DNA of 63,108 nt, the filler included, from Octopus bimaculoides (lineage: Eukaryota): assembly GCF_001194135.2 (NCBI RefSeq). It is 8 parts of 7 records of this genome, joined end to end, with 100 filler letters (N's around TTAATTAATTAA, not from the genome) between each part and the next. Parts side by side here need not be neighbours in the genome. Positions count along the whole stretch, not along the records: positions 1 to 18,333 come from NC_068986.1; 7 more parts are not named here. One strand, written 5' to 3'. The translations under genes and the position numbers were made by a program. The notes beneath the pieces are model-generated. The model did not search any database, had not been told where the DNA came from, and worked only from the letters and a program-made list of their open reading frames with translations. Positions 1 to 13,111 of the stretch are shown here, in pieces. Every line of letters starts with the position of its first letter. Positions within the stretch are counted from its first letter, which is position 1.

Positions 1-51
<51 letters not shown>

Positions 52-542
52 TACGCACTCACACACACACACTCACACACACGTGTATGTATATTTCTAG
101 AGATAGTCGCATAACCGGAGCGACTGACAGTCAGACGGAGAGACTCGTGCCAATCAGATCCTTCTGCATAGTCACACCCGTCCATGTGCACACATGTATG
201 CACTCATAGATACAGACACACAGACACAGGCCATGTTCCTGAATACAACAGAAACTCTCTGGTCTGCTACTCACTTATGGTTTCACTCTATTAACCTCTC
301 TTGCTCCTCTTTCCTCTGCCACCGTCTCCCTCTCACTCTCTTTCTCTCTTTCCACCTCTTTCTCCCTACCTCTTTCCCTCCCTACCTCTTTCTCCTTCTC
401 CTCTCCTCTCTCTCTCTCTCTCTTTTGCAGAGAAGTGTAAGGAGGAGACCGAGGTGAAAGAATGACAAAGTTTTTAAAATATTCACAGTATACGAAAATG
501 CACGTGTGGGTACGAGAGTGAGAGAGAGAGAGAAGGGGAGCA

Positions 543-583
<41 letters not shown>

Positions 584-940
584 TTGTGTGTGAGTGTGTG
601 TGTNNNNNNNNNNNNNNNNNNNNNNNNNNNNNNNNNNNNNNNNNNNNNNNNNNNNNNNNNNNNNNNNNNNNNNNNNNNNNNNNNNNNNNNNNNNNNNNNN
701 NNNNNNNNNNNNNNNNNNNNNNNNNNNNNNNNNNNNNNNNNNNNNNNNNNNNNNNNNNNNNNNNNNNNNNNNNNNNNNNNNNNNNNNNNNNNNNNNNNNN
801 NNNNNNNNNNNNNNNNNNNNNNNNNNNNNNNNNNNNNNNNNNNNNNNNNNNNNNNNNNNNNNNNNNNNNNNNNNNNNNNNNNNNNNNNNNNNTGTGTGTG
901 TGTGTGTATGCATATAAATACATATATATATATGTATTTG

Positions 941-1150
941 TGTGTCTGTTTTTGTCTTTCCCACCGTCGCTTGACAACTGATGCTGGTGTGTGTATCTCA
1001 CTGTAAATTAGCGGTTCGGCAAAAAAGACCGATAGAATAAGTACCAGGCTTGCAAAGAATAAGTCCTAGGGTCGATTTGTTCGATTAAAAGTGGTGCTTC
1101 AGTATGGCCGCACTCAAATGACTGAAACAAGTAAAAGAATAAAAGAAAAA
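941..1150 (+). mobile_element. SINE family A (bipartite, octopus-type tRNA-derived SINE), 3' half
   Basis: cgcttgacaactgatgctggtgtg...agcggttcggcaaaa...gatagaataagtacc...catggccgcactcaaatgactgaaacaagtaaaag; homologous copies at 7140, 17855, 29935, 46160 and 54300. Confidence 0.8.
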
Positions 1151-1689
1151 GATATACAAATATTATGTATTTATATATAATATATATGTGTGTGTGTGTG
1201 TGTATGCATATAAATACATATATATATATGTATTTATGAATGTTTATATATATATATAATATGTGTGTGTGTGTTATAAATATTGAAGGCGATGCTAGCA
1301 TGGCTGCAATCTAATGATTGAAACAAGTAAAAGATGAAAAATAGTTTCTGAAACCGCATGGATTCAGAAACTAGAACATCGTGATCTCGACCTTGTAAAA
1401 TTTCATCAGATACGCTTGCTTCCCTTCCTCTTCTTATCATTTACCTCAATTCTACTACATCCTTAGACCCTTCACGAACCACTCTGCCCAATAAATCCTC
1501 TGTTCCGCACATGTTATTCCTGCAGTCATCGTTACCAACAACATCGGTATCACCTGTCTCAGAACAAGTGTTTGAGGTAAGGAGTTCTTTCCGTTTGAAG
1601 AATTCAGAAAAATTACAGGAAGTATGTAGGTTAGAGTCAGTTGCTTGATTTCTTTTTTAAAATCATATCTACAGATTTGCAATCTCTTG

Positions 1690-1915
1690 TTAGGTTAACG
1701 AACCAGTTTCTATGTGAGCCCTTACTAGAAATTACAGCCAAAATCTCCCGCAAATCCTCCTCTGCTTTTTTGAAAAGGTTAGATATATAGAAGAATATAA
1801 TACACCGGCTTTAGAAAAAAAAAACATCGGTGGTCATGCCCGGAGTGTCGTTAATATTGTTCCTTCCCGATCATGTCTGAACTGAAGTGTCAATAACAAC
1901 AACAAAAACGACAAC
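1690..1915 (+). mobile_element. SINE family D, decayed copy ending in (AAC)n
   Basis: tagaaattacagccaaaatctcccgcaaatc...aaaaaacatcggtggtcatg...acaacaacaa; homologous in reverse to 3440-3615 and 20560-20730. Confidence 0.55.
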
Positions 1916-1917
1916 CT

Positions 1918-2075
1918 TGGCGTAGACAAGGCTGTATGGTTAAGTAGTTCCTTTTGGAACTATGTGGTTTGTTTTTTTTGTTTTTTTTATCTCACTGCTC
2001 AGTGTGTTCTATCGTAGCTTCGAGTTGACTAAAGCCTTGAGAGTGAAATTTGGATCAACAAAAATCGTCTGGAGG
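1918..2075 (+). mobile_element. SINE family A head, decayed
   Basis: ggctgtatggttaagtag...aaagccttgagagtgaaatttgg, homologous to 30555-30718. Confidence 0.55.
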
Positions 2076-2634
2076 GACTGTTCTTATTTCTGGATGGCAG
2101 ACTAAATCTTTCATCTAATTTAACATCACAACTTGGTCTGTAGGTGTTCTTAGTTGTTCCTTTGTTGTTCTTCTTTCTCTGAATAACCAATAAAATAATC
2201 TACAGTTAATCAATCTAATTGACCTCTACCTAGTCATTATTCAGCTGGACCACCCATTCCGTTTCTTTGTAAGTTCGTGATCTCGTCATTCGTGGTCATT
2301 TCCTTTTCTGACAGTAAGGATATGATTTCTGTGAGATTCAGTAGTTGTTTCTAGCGTGTCGACCGCTTGCCAAGGAACCCTCATCGGCTTGTAAGACAAA
2401 TTTTTTTTTCGTTGCTGTTGCTTAGCAGTAGAGATCAACTCTGACGAAGTAGACAAATGAAGAAGAGAATGTCCTAGTTGTTACTACTCCATCTTTTTCT
2501 CTGCATGTAGCGGGGTGGGTGTTTGTATTCTGTATCTATTTTATGCACTTTATAGTCCCGTTTTCAGCAGTTTCCCTGAGGTCATTCAAGCATTGGCGAC
2601 TCTTAATCAGAATTATCACGGCGAAAGGTATAGC

Positions 2635-2706
2635 AGTCATTATATATAAGTCATTATATATAAGTCATTATATATAAGTCATTATATATAAGTCATTATA
2701 TATAAG
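2635..2706. repeat. 14-bp tandem repeat (AGTCATTATATATA) x5
   Basis: Five perfect adjacent copies with no spacers. Confidence 0.95.
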
Positions 2707-3439
2707 CTGATTCTTCCTAAGTTGATTGAAACTTCCCGCTTGCTATTTTGCAAAAAGAATGTATTTTCGTCACAGCTACATAATATTAGTTTATATAACT
2801 GTTATATCGAACCAATTTTCGTAAATTAATTTTCGAACTCTATTTTAGAGTTTCGATTTTTTTCCCCCAAAGCAAATTGCGATATTTGTATTTTTGATAT
2901 ATCGAATGGTTCCGTGTAGCACTAGTTTTTGCGTTATGATGTATATAAACAGCAATACATAACTCTCTTCGCATCTGCTGACGAAGATATCTGACTGAAA
3001 GAAACAAAGTGCGTACGAAGATAGAAAATAATTGTGTATAGATTTATTTGGATATGTGGCCTAATCACATTTGCTAATGTCGCTCCGTATTAGTTGTAGT
3101 TATATGTCTTAATGTGTGTAAGTATGCGTGCACACACCCGCACACAAGCACACACACGCGCAAGCACACACACACGCACACACACACACACATAAACGTC
3201 AAAATGTATATGCACAATATACGCTTAGACGCATGCACTTACAAACTAGTTAGATTATCTGAAGTTACTCATATTAGTCAATAGATAGACAAAGAGAGGA
3301 GAGAGAAAGGAAGAGAGGGTAGAGAAAGAAAGAGAGGAGAGCGATGACGTTGAGAAAGGAAGAGGGACAGAGAAAGAAAAGAAACGGGATGAGATGACAT
3401 TTTGGCGATAGGTTAGGAACGAGATTCAAGAATATTACG

Positions 3440-3615
3440 AGACCGATTCAAGTCATTCTTGTGACCATCCCGTCTTTTTCTTACTTACAGGGCCAGGGTC
3501 ACATTACCACACGTATTTTTTCTAAGACGACCTGGGTGTGATTTGAGTGACATTTGATTGTTAATTCTTGCAGGTCGAGGGATCAGCCTCGTAGCGGTTC
3601 CCTCGTTGGTTTGTT
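3440..3615 (-). mobile_element. SINE family D copy
   Basis: gtgaccatcccgtctttt...gtgtgatttgagtgacatttg...caggtcgagggatcagcctcgtagcgg; reverse homolog of 1690-1915. Confidence 0.55.
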
Positions 3616-5200
3616 AAGGAAGCAGTCGATAAAACGGGGAACGAATGAGAGACAGGCGATCAGACAGACGACACACTGGCAGGAAGAATGAAAGGCAGAA
3701 GAGATAGAGAGTTAACCGGCGAATGATTGAGGGAGAGATTGAGTGAGCGAGTGAGTGAGTGAGTGAGTGAGTGAGTGAGTGAACGACTGGAGAGGGGTAG
3801 GAAGTGCATGGAGAAAAAGTGATTGGTAGTGTAAAATTGAGGGAAGGATGATGGACAGGAAACTGATAGGTCAGGATGATACTTGTATGTGTGGAAGACT
3901 GAATGACTGACATGCTGGATGGATGTGTGGATGAGGAAGGAATGGAAACAGCGGGTGTTTTGAGAGAGAGAGAGAGAGGTTGTGTGAAAGAGAGAAAGAG
4001 TAATAGCAAAAGAGGAGATGATATAAAGTGGGAAAGAGGTATTTAAAAAGAAATGCAGTGAGAGAGGGAAAGAATGAGCAAAAAGGTATAGGAAAGAAAA
4101 AATAAGGAGAAAAGAGGTGAGGAGAGCGAAAACGTGGAGGTAAAAGAGGTAAAGGAAAACCTGGCGAGGAAGAAGAAGAAAGAAAGATGGAAAAAGGAGT
4201 GGAGAAGGGAGAAATGAGCAGAGAAGGAGAGCTAGAGAAAGTGGTGGGCTATTCATTGTAAATTAAAAAAGACAATTACGAAAAATAAAACAAAATTGGA
4301 CAGTATTTTTACCGATCGGTTAATATGAACAAAGAAACCGAAGTGGTATGAATAAAGTTAGGTGGGGTAGAAGGAAAGGATGAAAGAGATGGAGAGCGGG
4401 TGGCGGTGGAGAAAAATGTATTTCAACGATATAAGTATATTTCGGCAATAGAGGTAATAAAAACTAAGACAAGAAGAACAGGATCTTCATCTGTTTCAAG
4501 GAAATGTAATCTGCTGTTCGATCAACTCATTGATAAAGCTTGTAATTGGTTGAGTACACCACAGACATCTGTACTCTTGACGTAATCCTTAAGCAGGATC
4601 AGCGAGATACAGTATGTGACATGGCTACATCTTTCCAATTTCATGTGCAATCCATTCGATGAATTTCGGCACAGCTTCACTCTACTTAAGGTCAAATCAA
4701 GGCTACGGAAATAAGTACACACACACNNNNNNNNNNNNNNNNNNNNNNNNNNNNNNNNNNNNNNNNNNNNNNNNNNNNNNNNNNNNNNNNNNNNNNNNNN
4801 NNNNNNNNNNNNNNNNNNNNNNNNNNNNNNNNNNNNNNNNNNNNNNNNNNNNNNNNNNNNNNNNNNNNNNNNNNNNNNNNNNNNNNNNNNNNNNNNNNNN
4901 NNNNNNNNNNNNNNNNNNNNNNNNNNNNNNNNNNNNNNNNNNNNNNNNNNNNNNNNNNNNNNNNNNNNNNNNNNNNNNNNNNNNNNNNNNNNNNNNNNNN
5001 NNNNNNNNNNNNNNNNNNNNNNNNNNNNNNNNNNNNNNNNNNNNNNNNNNNNNNNNNNNNNNNNNNNNNNNNNNNNNNNNNNNNNNNNNNNNNNNNNNNN
5101 NNNNNNNNNNNNNNNNNNNNNNNNNNNNNNNNNNNNNNNNNNNNNNNNNNNNNNNNNNNNNNNNNNNNNNNNNNNNNNNNNNNNNNNNNNNNNNNNNNNN

Positions 5201-5241
<41 letters not shown>

Positions 5242-7139
5242 AATTGCAGCGTGGAAGGTGTTTATAAGCCATTTAAAAAACACACAAAAACCGTTAGATT
5301 CACTTCAACATTTAAATTTAATTGTTGTAATTGTTTTCGTTCCAGTACACATCTCCGTAATATATGTGTGTGTGTGTGTGTGCGTGCGTGGGCGCGCGTG
5401 TGTATGTATACATGACGGTCTTCCACACAGTCTCCGTTTATCAAATTTATTTACGAAGCATTGGTCGACTAAGTGCTTATAGTAAAAGACATCCAAGTTG
5501 TCGAGTGATTTTTCCGATTTTCTGAATCCTATAGCCGAGGTTGCACCTGCATGTAAAAATATCTCTAGATATGTTTTCCCTTCTTTCTTTGGATTCGTCA
5601 TATGCTCATATGACGGATCTGTAATTCCCCACGAGTTGTTAGCTGCAAAATACGAGTAAAAGCAGTACGATACGTATATAAAAAAAAAAACTTTAAACAT
5701 CACATCACTGAGAATATAGGACAAAAAACTTCGTGTAGCGACTGACATAGGTTTAGTTTCGAATAAGTGCGTGTGCGCGCCCGTTTGTGCGTGAGAGATA
5801 GACGTTGTTCTTATTATTTCCATTCCAGCGATGGAGTTTTGTATCTTTGTCAGAAATCAGCCCTTCCTTACAAATAATTCAAAATACAAAATAAATACAT
5901 ACATACATGCTCAGATATATGAATATTTTTTATTTCTTTGAATGCTCAGCTAATTCTCGTTACAAAATTTCCAGTGTGTGTGTGTATGTGTGTGTGTGTG
6001 TGTGTGTGTGCGTATGTATACATACGTGTGGGTATACATAGATATACATGTGTGCGTAATTGTATTTGTGTCTGTGTATGAGCGTGTGTGTTTCATGCAT
6101 GTATGTATATAATCTAGAAAAATGTCTTAGTCAGTCAATACAAATAATACACAAATTGAAGTCCGTCATTGGTGGGGCGATCTGTGATTTCATTTGTTTT
6201 TTGATTCGTTCGTTGTCTTAAACACTTGCTACCGAATGTCTGGTTGGCTGGCTGACGATTTAGTGTGTGGTTGTCTGTCAGACTGCTTGCTTGTCTGGCT
6301 GTCATGCTGGCTGTCTATCTGGCCGTTCGCAAGCTTAAAATTTAGTCTCGCCCATTTCTCTCTAGAGACGCCATTATAAACGTTGTTTGCCAACGGCTAT
6401 TTCCACTGAGAATAAATTTATAAAATAAAATTGCCTTATATTTGGTGGGAGAAAGCCGTTGGCAAATATCAGTAGTATCCCGAGACAACAAGAAATCTCT
6501 CTATACATTGTACAATCGACATGCTAGAAAAAGCAAGCAAAGTTTCCCTTTTATCACACCATCCCTACGAATTTATGTAGTTTGAGGTTCATTCTGATAA
6601 CTTACGCATATCTGGAATGATTTTTATTAGACACACCTTAGAAAGACAGAATCGACTAAATAGGACAAGAGGGTGCACGTGGATGGAGAGTCGCTGAAAA
6701 GATCAGACGATGTGTGATAAAAAATTTCCAGATAATGGGCATAAAATAAGAACAATAATAAGCAAGTGAAGAACGAATAAATAGTGCATGTGTTTATTTG
6801 GAATGAAAAAAAAATGACCGTCCCGAAATATAACAATAGATTTTATTACTGTTCAGCTTCCTTAGGGCTGTAAGTAGGTCCAGACAACAACAAGGATGAC
6901 AATTGCAACAATAACAATATCTAGTAGATAAATATATAAGCCGAACGAAGAGAGGGAGAAGACCCTTTCTCTAACGCAATTAACTCACTGGCTTCGATTC
7001 AATATACCATTATGGCATACCAATAAATATTGTTTTTTGCCAACCAAAAAGGTATTAATATTCTCTGACTTAAGTGAGGTGGGGGTGGGGAAGACTAGAT
7101 AATGTAGAACTAGGCACAATATCGTTTATCATGTATCTT

Positions 7140-7500
7140 TTATCTGCTTTTCAGTTATTAGACTGCGGCCACACTTTGAAAAAATTTTAGTTAAATGAAT
7201 CGACCCCACTACTTATCTTTTAAAGCCTGGTACTTATTTTATCGGTCTTTTTTGCTGAACTGCTAATTGTTACGGTGAAATAAACACACCGACAATGGTT
7301 ATCAAGCGGTGGTTAGGACAACACACACACGTATTTATACGACGAGCTTCTTTTAGTTTCCGCCTTCCAAATCCACCCACAAAGAATTAATCGGCCCGAG
7401 GCTATAGCAGAAGACACCTAACCAAGGTGTTACACAGTGGGACTGAAATCGGAACCATGTGGATGGGAAGTAAGCTTTTTAACACACAGCCACGCATGCG
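7140..7500 (-). mobile_element. SINE family A, full bipartite copy
   Basis: tRNA-like head (revcomp of ...accatgtgg...cacacagccacg), short internal (CA)n, then the 3' half. Confidence 0.8.
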
Positions 7501-7699
7501 CTTATGTAAGTATAACATTTTTTATGTGTTTGGAGTTGAAAAGTCTTTCAGCAGACATCTTTTCATTCAGATATAGTTTGCGACAAAACAAATATAATCA
7601 GAATAATGAAGAAAATTACTTTATCAATAATATAACTTTAGCTTCAATGTGTCTTATCTCCCAATAAACTACTATTAAAGTTAACACAACGGTAACCTA

Positions 7700-8045
7700 C
7701 AATTTTGAGGAGAGAGGAGGAGTCGATTAAATCGATCCCAGTACTTTACTGGCACTTTATCTTATCGACAGCCAAAGTATGAAAGAAATAGTTGATCTCG
7801 GTGGTATGCAAACTCTGAACGTAATGAGCCGGAAGAAATACTGCTAAGCATTTTGTCCGGCATGCAATCGATTTTGCCTGTTCTGCTAATAATAATAATA
7901 ATAGAAGTAATCCTTTCTAACATAGGGACAAGGCCAGCAATTTTGGATAAAAGGTAAAGTCGACCTCGGCAGAATTTGAACTCAGAATGTAATGACAGAC
8001 GAAAGCATTTTGCCTGGCGTGCCAACGATTATGCCAGCTCGCCGC
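7700..8045 (-). mobile_element. Two head-to-tail SINE family B copies joined by (TAA)n
   Basis: Both carry aaagt(cgacctcggcag)aatttgaactcagaa / aagcattttg; (taa)n at about 7887-7901. Confidence 0.8.
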
Positions 8046-8338
8046 CGCCGCCGCCGCAGCAGCAGCAGTAGCAGTAGTAGTAGTAGTAGTGTTTTGAGCC
8101 CATAGGTTGTAAGCTCAAATCTTATCCGAGTTCACTAAATCTGGCATACGACATATATATGCATTAATATAAGACATGAACAGATACCAGTACATACATT
8201 CACTTATCCATGCATATGTATATATTCATTAATCCATACATATACATACAAGCATACATCCATGCATACATGGATATGTACAAGCATATACGCATGCATA
8301 CATACATACATACATACATACATACATTACATACATAC

Positions 8339-8680
8339 AATAGAACTGATATACTGATTTGGGATAGAGAAAAGAAATTGTGTACGGTTGTGGAAATCAG
8401 CAGCCCAGCGGATGTTAACATAAAGCTGAAGATCACTGAAAAAGAGAACAATTACGCTGAACTATGGAGACCTCTTCCATCACTCTCTCCAGATTACAAA
8501 TTCAGGTTTATACCTGTAATTATTGGGGAATTAGGATATGTAACACACTGCCTAAATACTAATCTTAAGAAATTAGGCTTCTCAAAACCAGAAAGGAGAA
8601 AGCTGATTCAAAGACTATAGATTCAAGCCATCACTGGAACTGTAAAAATCTGTAAAACTTTCCAGAAGTTTATCATTGTA
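8339..8680 (+). mobile_element. 5'-truncated RLE-type (R2-group, R4/Dong-like) non-LTR retrotransposon, endonuclease C-terminus
   Basis: NRTDILIWDREKKLCTVVEISSPADVNIKLKITEKENNYAEL...FIPVIIGELG...IQAITGTVKICKTF matches the RLE pattern RPD..D/E..P.D..K..KY..VPVIIGALG; one in-frame stop at 8618. Confidence 0.8.
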
Positions 8681-9097
8681 GTATATATGAGTATGTTTGG
8701 TTATGCAACTATATGCCTGAAAATAAATACAAAAAACAAAACTACTTTTTAGACGCAAAATATACTGTCACGTGACACTAACGCACGGACGTAGCGGGAA
8801 ACGCACAAAAGGTTATAAACATAATCGTGTTCATTCTCTACAAACACTTGACAGAAAACATTCAGAGCATTGATTGTTTGGACTTGTTCAGTCAACTGTG
8901 TCAGCCTTAACTTACGATGCCAAACATCGTCACTTGATACTAACACACGACGTAGCGGAGAACCTACAAAAATTTCTAAGACCAGTCAAATCCTATTCAA
9001 AACATATGCTAATTTGAGCCATGAACTCCCTATAAAAACTTCCAACACTAGTCAGAAGTAACACAGCTGCGATATAAACCACGTCTTTCTATTTGAA

Positions 9098-9218
9098 TTT
9101 TTTGAAAATCAGTGTAAACTGTGAAACCGGTTAAAGCTTCAAATATATTAGTAAAAAAATATTTTAACTATTCTCAGTGCATTTTCAACTTCTATTTTTC
9201 CTATATTTCTACCCGTGT

Positions 9219-9220
<2 letters not shown>
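9098..9220 (+). mobile_element. Penelope-like terminal segment with decayed hammerhead motif
   Basis: ttgaaaa-t-CAGT-gtaa-ACTG-t-GAAA-CCGG-TT; the 3' flank is homologous to 19520-19610 and runs into (TC)n(TA)n. Confidence 0.5.
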
Positions 9221-9309
<89 letters not shown>

Positions 9310-9646
9310 GCACACACTCACACACAAATACATATATACTTACATACACACAGGAATATGTGTACATTCATATATACGTGTATGTTGGTGAATGTGTGTA
9401 TATTTGTATGTGTACATTTGTATGTGAAAGAGTTTTTCTTCAACAGCACTACTCAGTCGCTTCTCTTTATAGACAACACTTAGTCCTAACTTACAACGAG
9501 AGTGGTTGTTCGCAATGTCCTCTCGTTTTCTTGCACATATTATTGAAACGAAGATGGGTCACCGTTTTTCTTTCTTGCAAAATGATCATACATGCATTTT
9601 GGTGGTTTGAAGATCCTGCAGGTTATCACGGATAATTCTCGAGTCA

Positions 9647-9692
<46 letters not shown>

Positions 9693-9716
9693 GTCTCTCT
9701 CTCTATGTATATGTAT

Positions 9717-9760
<44 letters not shown>

Positions 9761-9770
9761 NNNNNNNNNN

Positions 9771-9836
<66 letters not shown>

Positions 9837-9861
9837 TGAGAGAGACATACAGACAGACAGA

Positions 9862-10684
9862 TAGAGTGTTCGGGCTGAATTTGACGATTTCTTTATTTCT
9901 CCTTTCTTTGGGAACAGCTTGATGTATAGGTGAACAGTTGATTGTTCGTAGACATAGATGACTGAAAGCCAACTGAATATTAGAAAAGCAGTTACCTCTA
10001 TTATGAAGATTTGCACCAGATTTCAAAATGTCAACATCCTGACTGCTGCTTAATACTCTGTGAACACTGTAAAGGCTGTATCAAGAAAACCCATGTACCA
10101 TGAAAACCAAGTTACCCCAAACTTTGATGGTCTTTGGATGTGTTCCCGGTGAGGGTGACGTCATGCTGCCCCACATCTTTGAACTGAGCCTTAGGCTGAA
10201 TTCAGATGGCTGTGTGAAGCTGCTGGAAACTGTGGCAATGGTTGCTGCTGCAAGGCCATATGTGTAGTACCAGGATTCGGCTCCTTGCCATACTGCCAGA
10301 AAGAGCCAGGGATGGTTGTCGAAGAATTTCTACGACTCTACCAGCTCGAATTTCTGGCCTCCTAATTCTCTCGGTTGTAACCCCATGGATTACAATGTGT
10401 GGAATATGGTTGGGAAAGACATCAACCGCTCTGCCTGCAACACCAAGGCCGAGCTGATGGCCAGGATCAAGGAGGTGTTAAAAGAATGCATGCGCCAAGT
10501 TCCGGAGCCTCTTGAGGCCTTAGTGGAAGTTGAGGACAACAGCTTTGCGTAAACTGTTATCTCCCAGTCATAATCTAGATTATATCTAGATGTTTTAAAA
10601 CAATTTTATTTTTGGATGTGATATTATGTTCTTTTTTTTCTTTTACTTGTTATGCAAAGTATCAAATTTAGCTCCGATACCCTG
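9862..10684 (+). mobile_element. Tc1/mariner superfamily DD37D (maT) element, internally deleted
   Basis: QDSAPCHTARKSQGWLSKNFYDSTSSNFWPPNSLGCNPMDYNVW has 37 residues between the two Asp; degenerate TIRs agagtgttcgggctgaatttgac and gtatcaaatttagctccgataccctg. Confidence 0.8.
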
Positions 10685-10859
10685 TGCGTGTGTATGCGTA
10701 TATGTGTGTATGTGGGTGCGTATAAATGTATACACACGCACACACAGAGAAGGAGAAACACACAAACAGCTAGATATAGATACGTATATACATATGTACA
10801 TATGTATGGGTATATATTATAGATTATATTACATTATATGTGAGTTGCGTATGTGTATG

Positions 10860-10893
<34 letters not shown>

Positions 10894-11103
10894 GCGTGTC
10901 TGTGTGTGTCTGTGTTTGTGTGTGTGTGTCTAGATGAGTGTGCGTGCGCGTGCATTTTATATACATATATATTAATATTCTGATTTCTCTAATAAAACCT
11001 AGCATACATCTTATAACAGATAAATTCACATGATTCTCTTTACCTAACATATTCTTTCGGAAAGAAATCACTGGACTCTTTGTTCCTCCGATGAATACAA
11101 ACT

Positions 11104-11110
11104 AATAATG

Positions 11111-11183
<73 letters not shown>

Positions 11184-11220
11184 CAATAATAATAATAATA
11201 ATAATATTGATAATAATAAT
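11104..11220. repeat. (AAT)n microsatellite
   Basis: Direct reading; source of the poly-I and poly-L ORFs. Confidence 0.95.
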
Positions 11221-12019
11221 ATCAACAATGGAGACACGTCTATACAAAAATATACAAACAACGGACGTACCATTATTTCGGTTCCTAAAATATCTCTAAT
11301 TCCATAATGAATTCTGAAAATAGCTTACAAGGGAAAGATCCATTTGAAAGTATGTTGAACGACGGATACTGTCGATGTACTCATATAAACGATATACATC
11401 TGGGAAGTCTGTTTTTTGTAGAGAAAGCAATATTTCATCGACAACAGATCGCTAACATAAAAAAAAAACTGTGGATATACGTGTATGTGTGTGTGATTAT
11501 TTGCAACATATATACGTACGTGTATGTATGCGCATGTTTGTGTGTTTGGACATACAATCAATAAAAGAGGGAAAAATTAATCGTATCTCATATAGTAATT
11601 TATTTAAAGCTACACTTTCCCTTCTACCTAACTTCGAGTTTCCATTTTCCTCAGATGATTTTCAATATATATATATATATATATATCACGGTGGTGCTCC
11701 AGCATGACNNNNNNNNNNTTTTTATACTTCAACAACGGACATCCTCAGACACGTAAAGAAATAGAGAAAGAAAATGGACGGACATAGTTTTCTGGGTGTT
11801 TATTTGGCTCCTGAAATGCGCGGTTTTCTTGCTTTGTGGATTGCAAGAATAGAGTCGATTCTAGGTAACCAGTGATTATCAAATATACCCACGGCCCATC
11901 ATATACATACGTAAATATATATAAACATATACGCGCGCGCGAGTGTGTGTGTGTGTGTGTATCTCTTATCTTTTAATTGTTTCAGTCATTTGACTACGGT
12001 CACATCTCATTCCTCCTAC

Positions 12020-12073
<54 letters not shown>

Positions 12074-12090
12074 GTCTGTCTGTATGTCTT

Positions 12091-12128
<38 letters not shown>

Positions 12129-12153
12129 NNNNNNNNNNCTGTCTGTATGTCTT

Positions 12154-12197
<44 letters not shown>

Positions 12198-13052
12198 TCT
12201 AGCTGTCTGTCTATCTATCTATCTATCTATCTGTCTGTCTGTCTGTCTGTTTGAATATCTGTCTCTTTGTCTATCCGTCTATTTATTGCTCCCACTCTCT
12301 CTTTCTCTCTATCCTTCTCTTCCTCGCTCTTCATGTGTGTGTGTATATATGTGTGTGTACACACATGCATTCCTCCTTTGGACTTTTCCCTTTCTTCTTT
12401 CCGACGAAGAACGATGCTCGAAACGTCAAACTCTCTCTTTTACCGAGCGTCAAGTTAATGCATTCCTTGTGCACGTCCTCTTGTTGTCCATTAATCTTAT
12501 TATTCATTTTTTAATTGATTGTTTATTTGAATTGTCTGTGTGTGTGTGCATGTGTGTAAGCGTGTGTGTGCATGTGTGTGAGCGTGTGTGTGTATTTGTG
12601 CGTGAGTATGTGTCGGGCGCTATGTCTATGATTGGATTCCGACAACAAAACTCTAAAACTCCTTTAATTTCATAATGAAGAATTGAACAAAACAAAATAA
12701 AAACAAGATAAAAAGCCAATATATTAAAGTAAATTTCATTGATATATATTCCATAAATTGAAGTACCAGCAAAGACATAGGAAAGGTTAGCTTTTAGAAT
12801 CGGTATAAAATGAAAATTTCAAAAGCATAATTGAAAAATAGTGAAGTTGAATTTTTTCTTCCTTTGTTTTTTTTTCTTGTTTTGTTCTTGTTTTATAAGA
12901 AGATAGGCAATTAATTAAAATGTAGCTCTTGAGGCTACAATTAAAATTAATGAAGGGTATGTTTTAGTTGGAGTTTGATATTTTTTTTCTTGCTTTGGAC
13001 ACCTTTCATTCTTTCCATCTTTCATTCTCCATCTTTTAGCTTCTCTTTTCTC

Positions 13053-13111
<59 letters not shown>

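Noticed and set aside
1340-1790. Coding-like minus-strand stretch (KAEEDLREIL...DDCRNNMCGTEDLL...)
   Set aside because: The 1690-1790 part is SINE-derived, and the rest has stops and shifts with no recognisable motif.
2635-2706. Regular short direct repeats suggesting CRISPR
   Set aside because: No spacers, eukaryotic context and no cas genes; the SINE array at 22-23.5 kb is likewise not CRISPR.
2965-3022. CTGACGA-agatatctgact-GAAA motif
   Set aside because: No stem III or properly placed NUH and stem I.
3614-4256. 131-aa and 198-aa hydrophobic ORFs
   Set aside because: Antisense of a GA-rich low-complexity tract.
11615-11665. Minus-strand CTGAGGA-aaatg-GAAACTCGAAGTT
   Set aside because: No stem II and only one or two stem I pairs.
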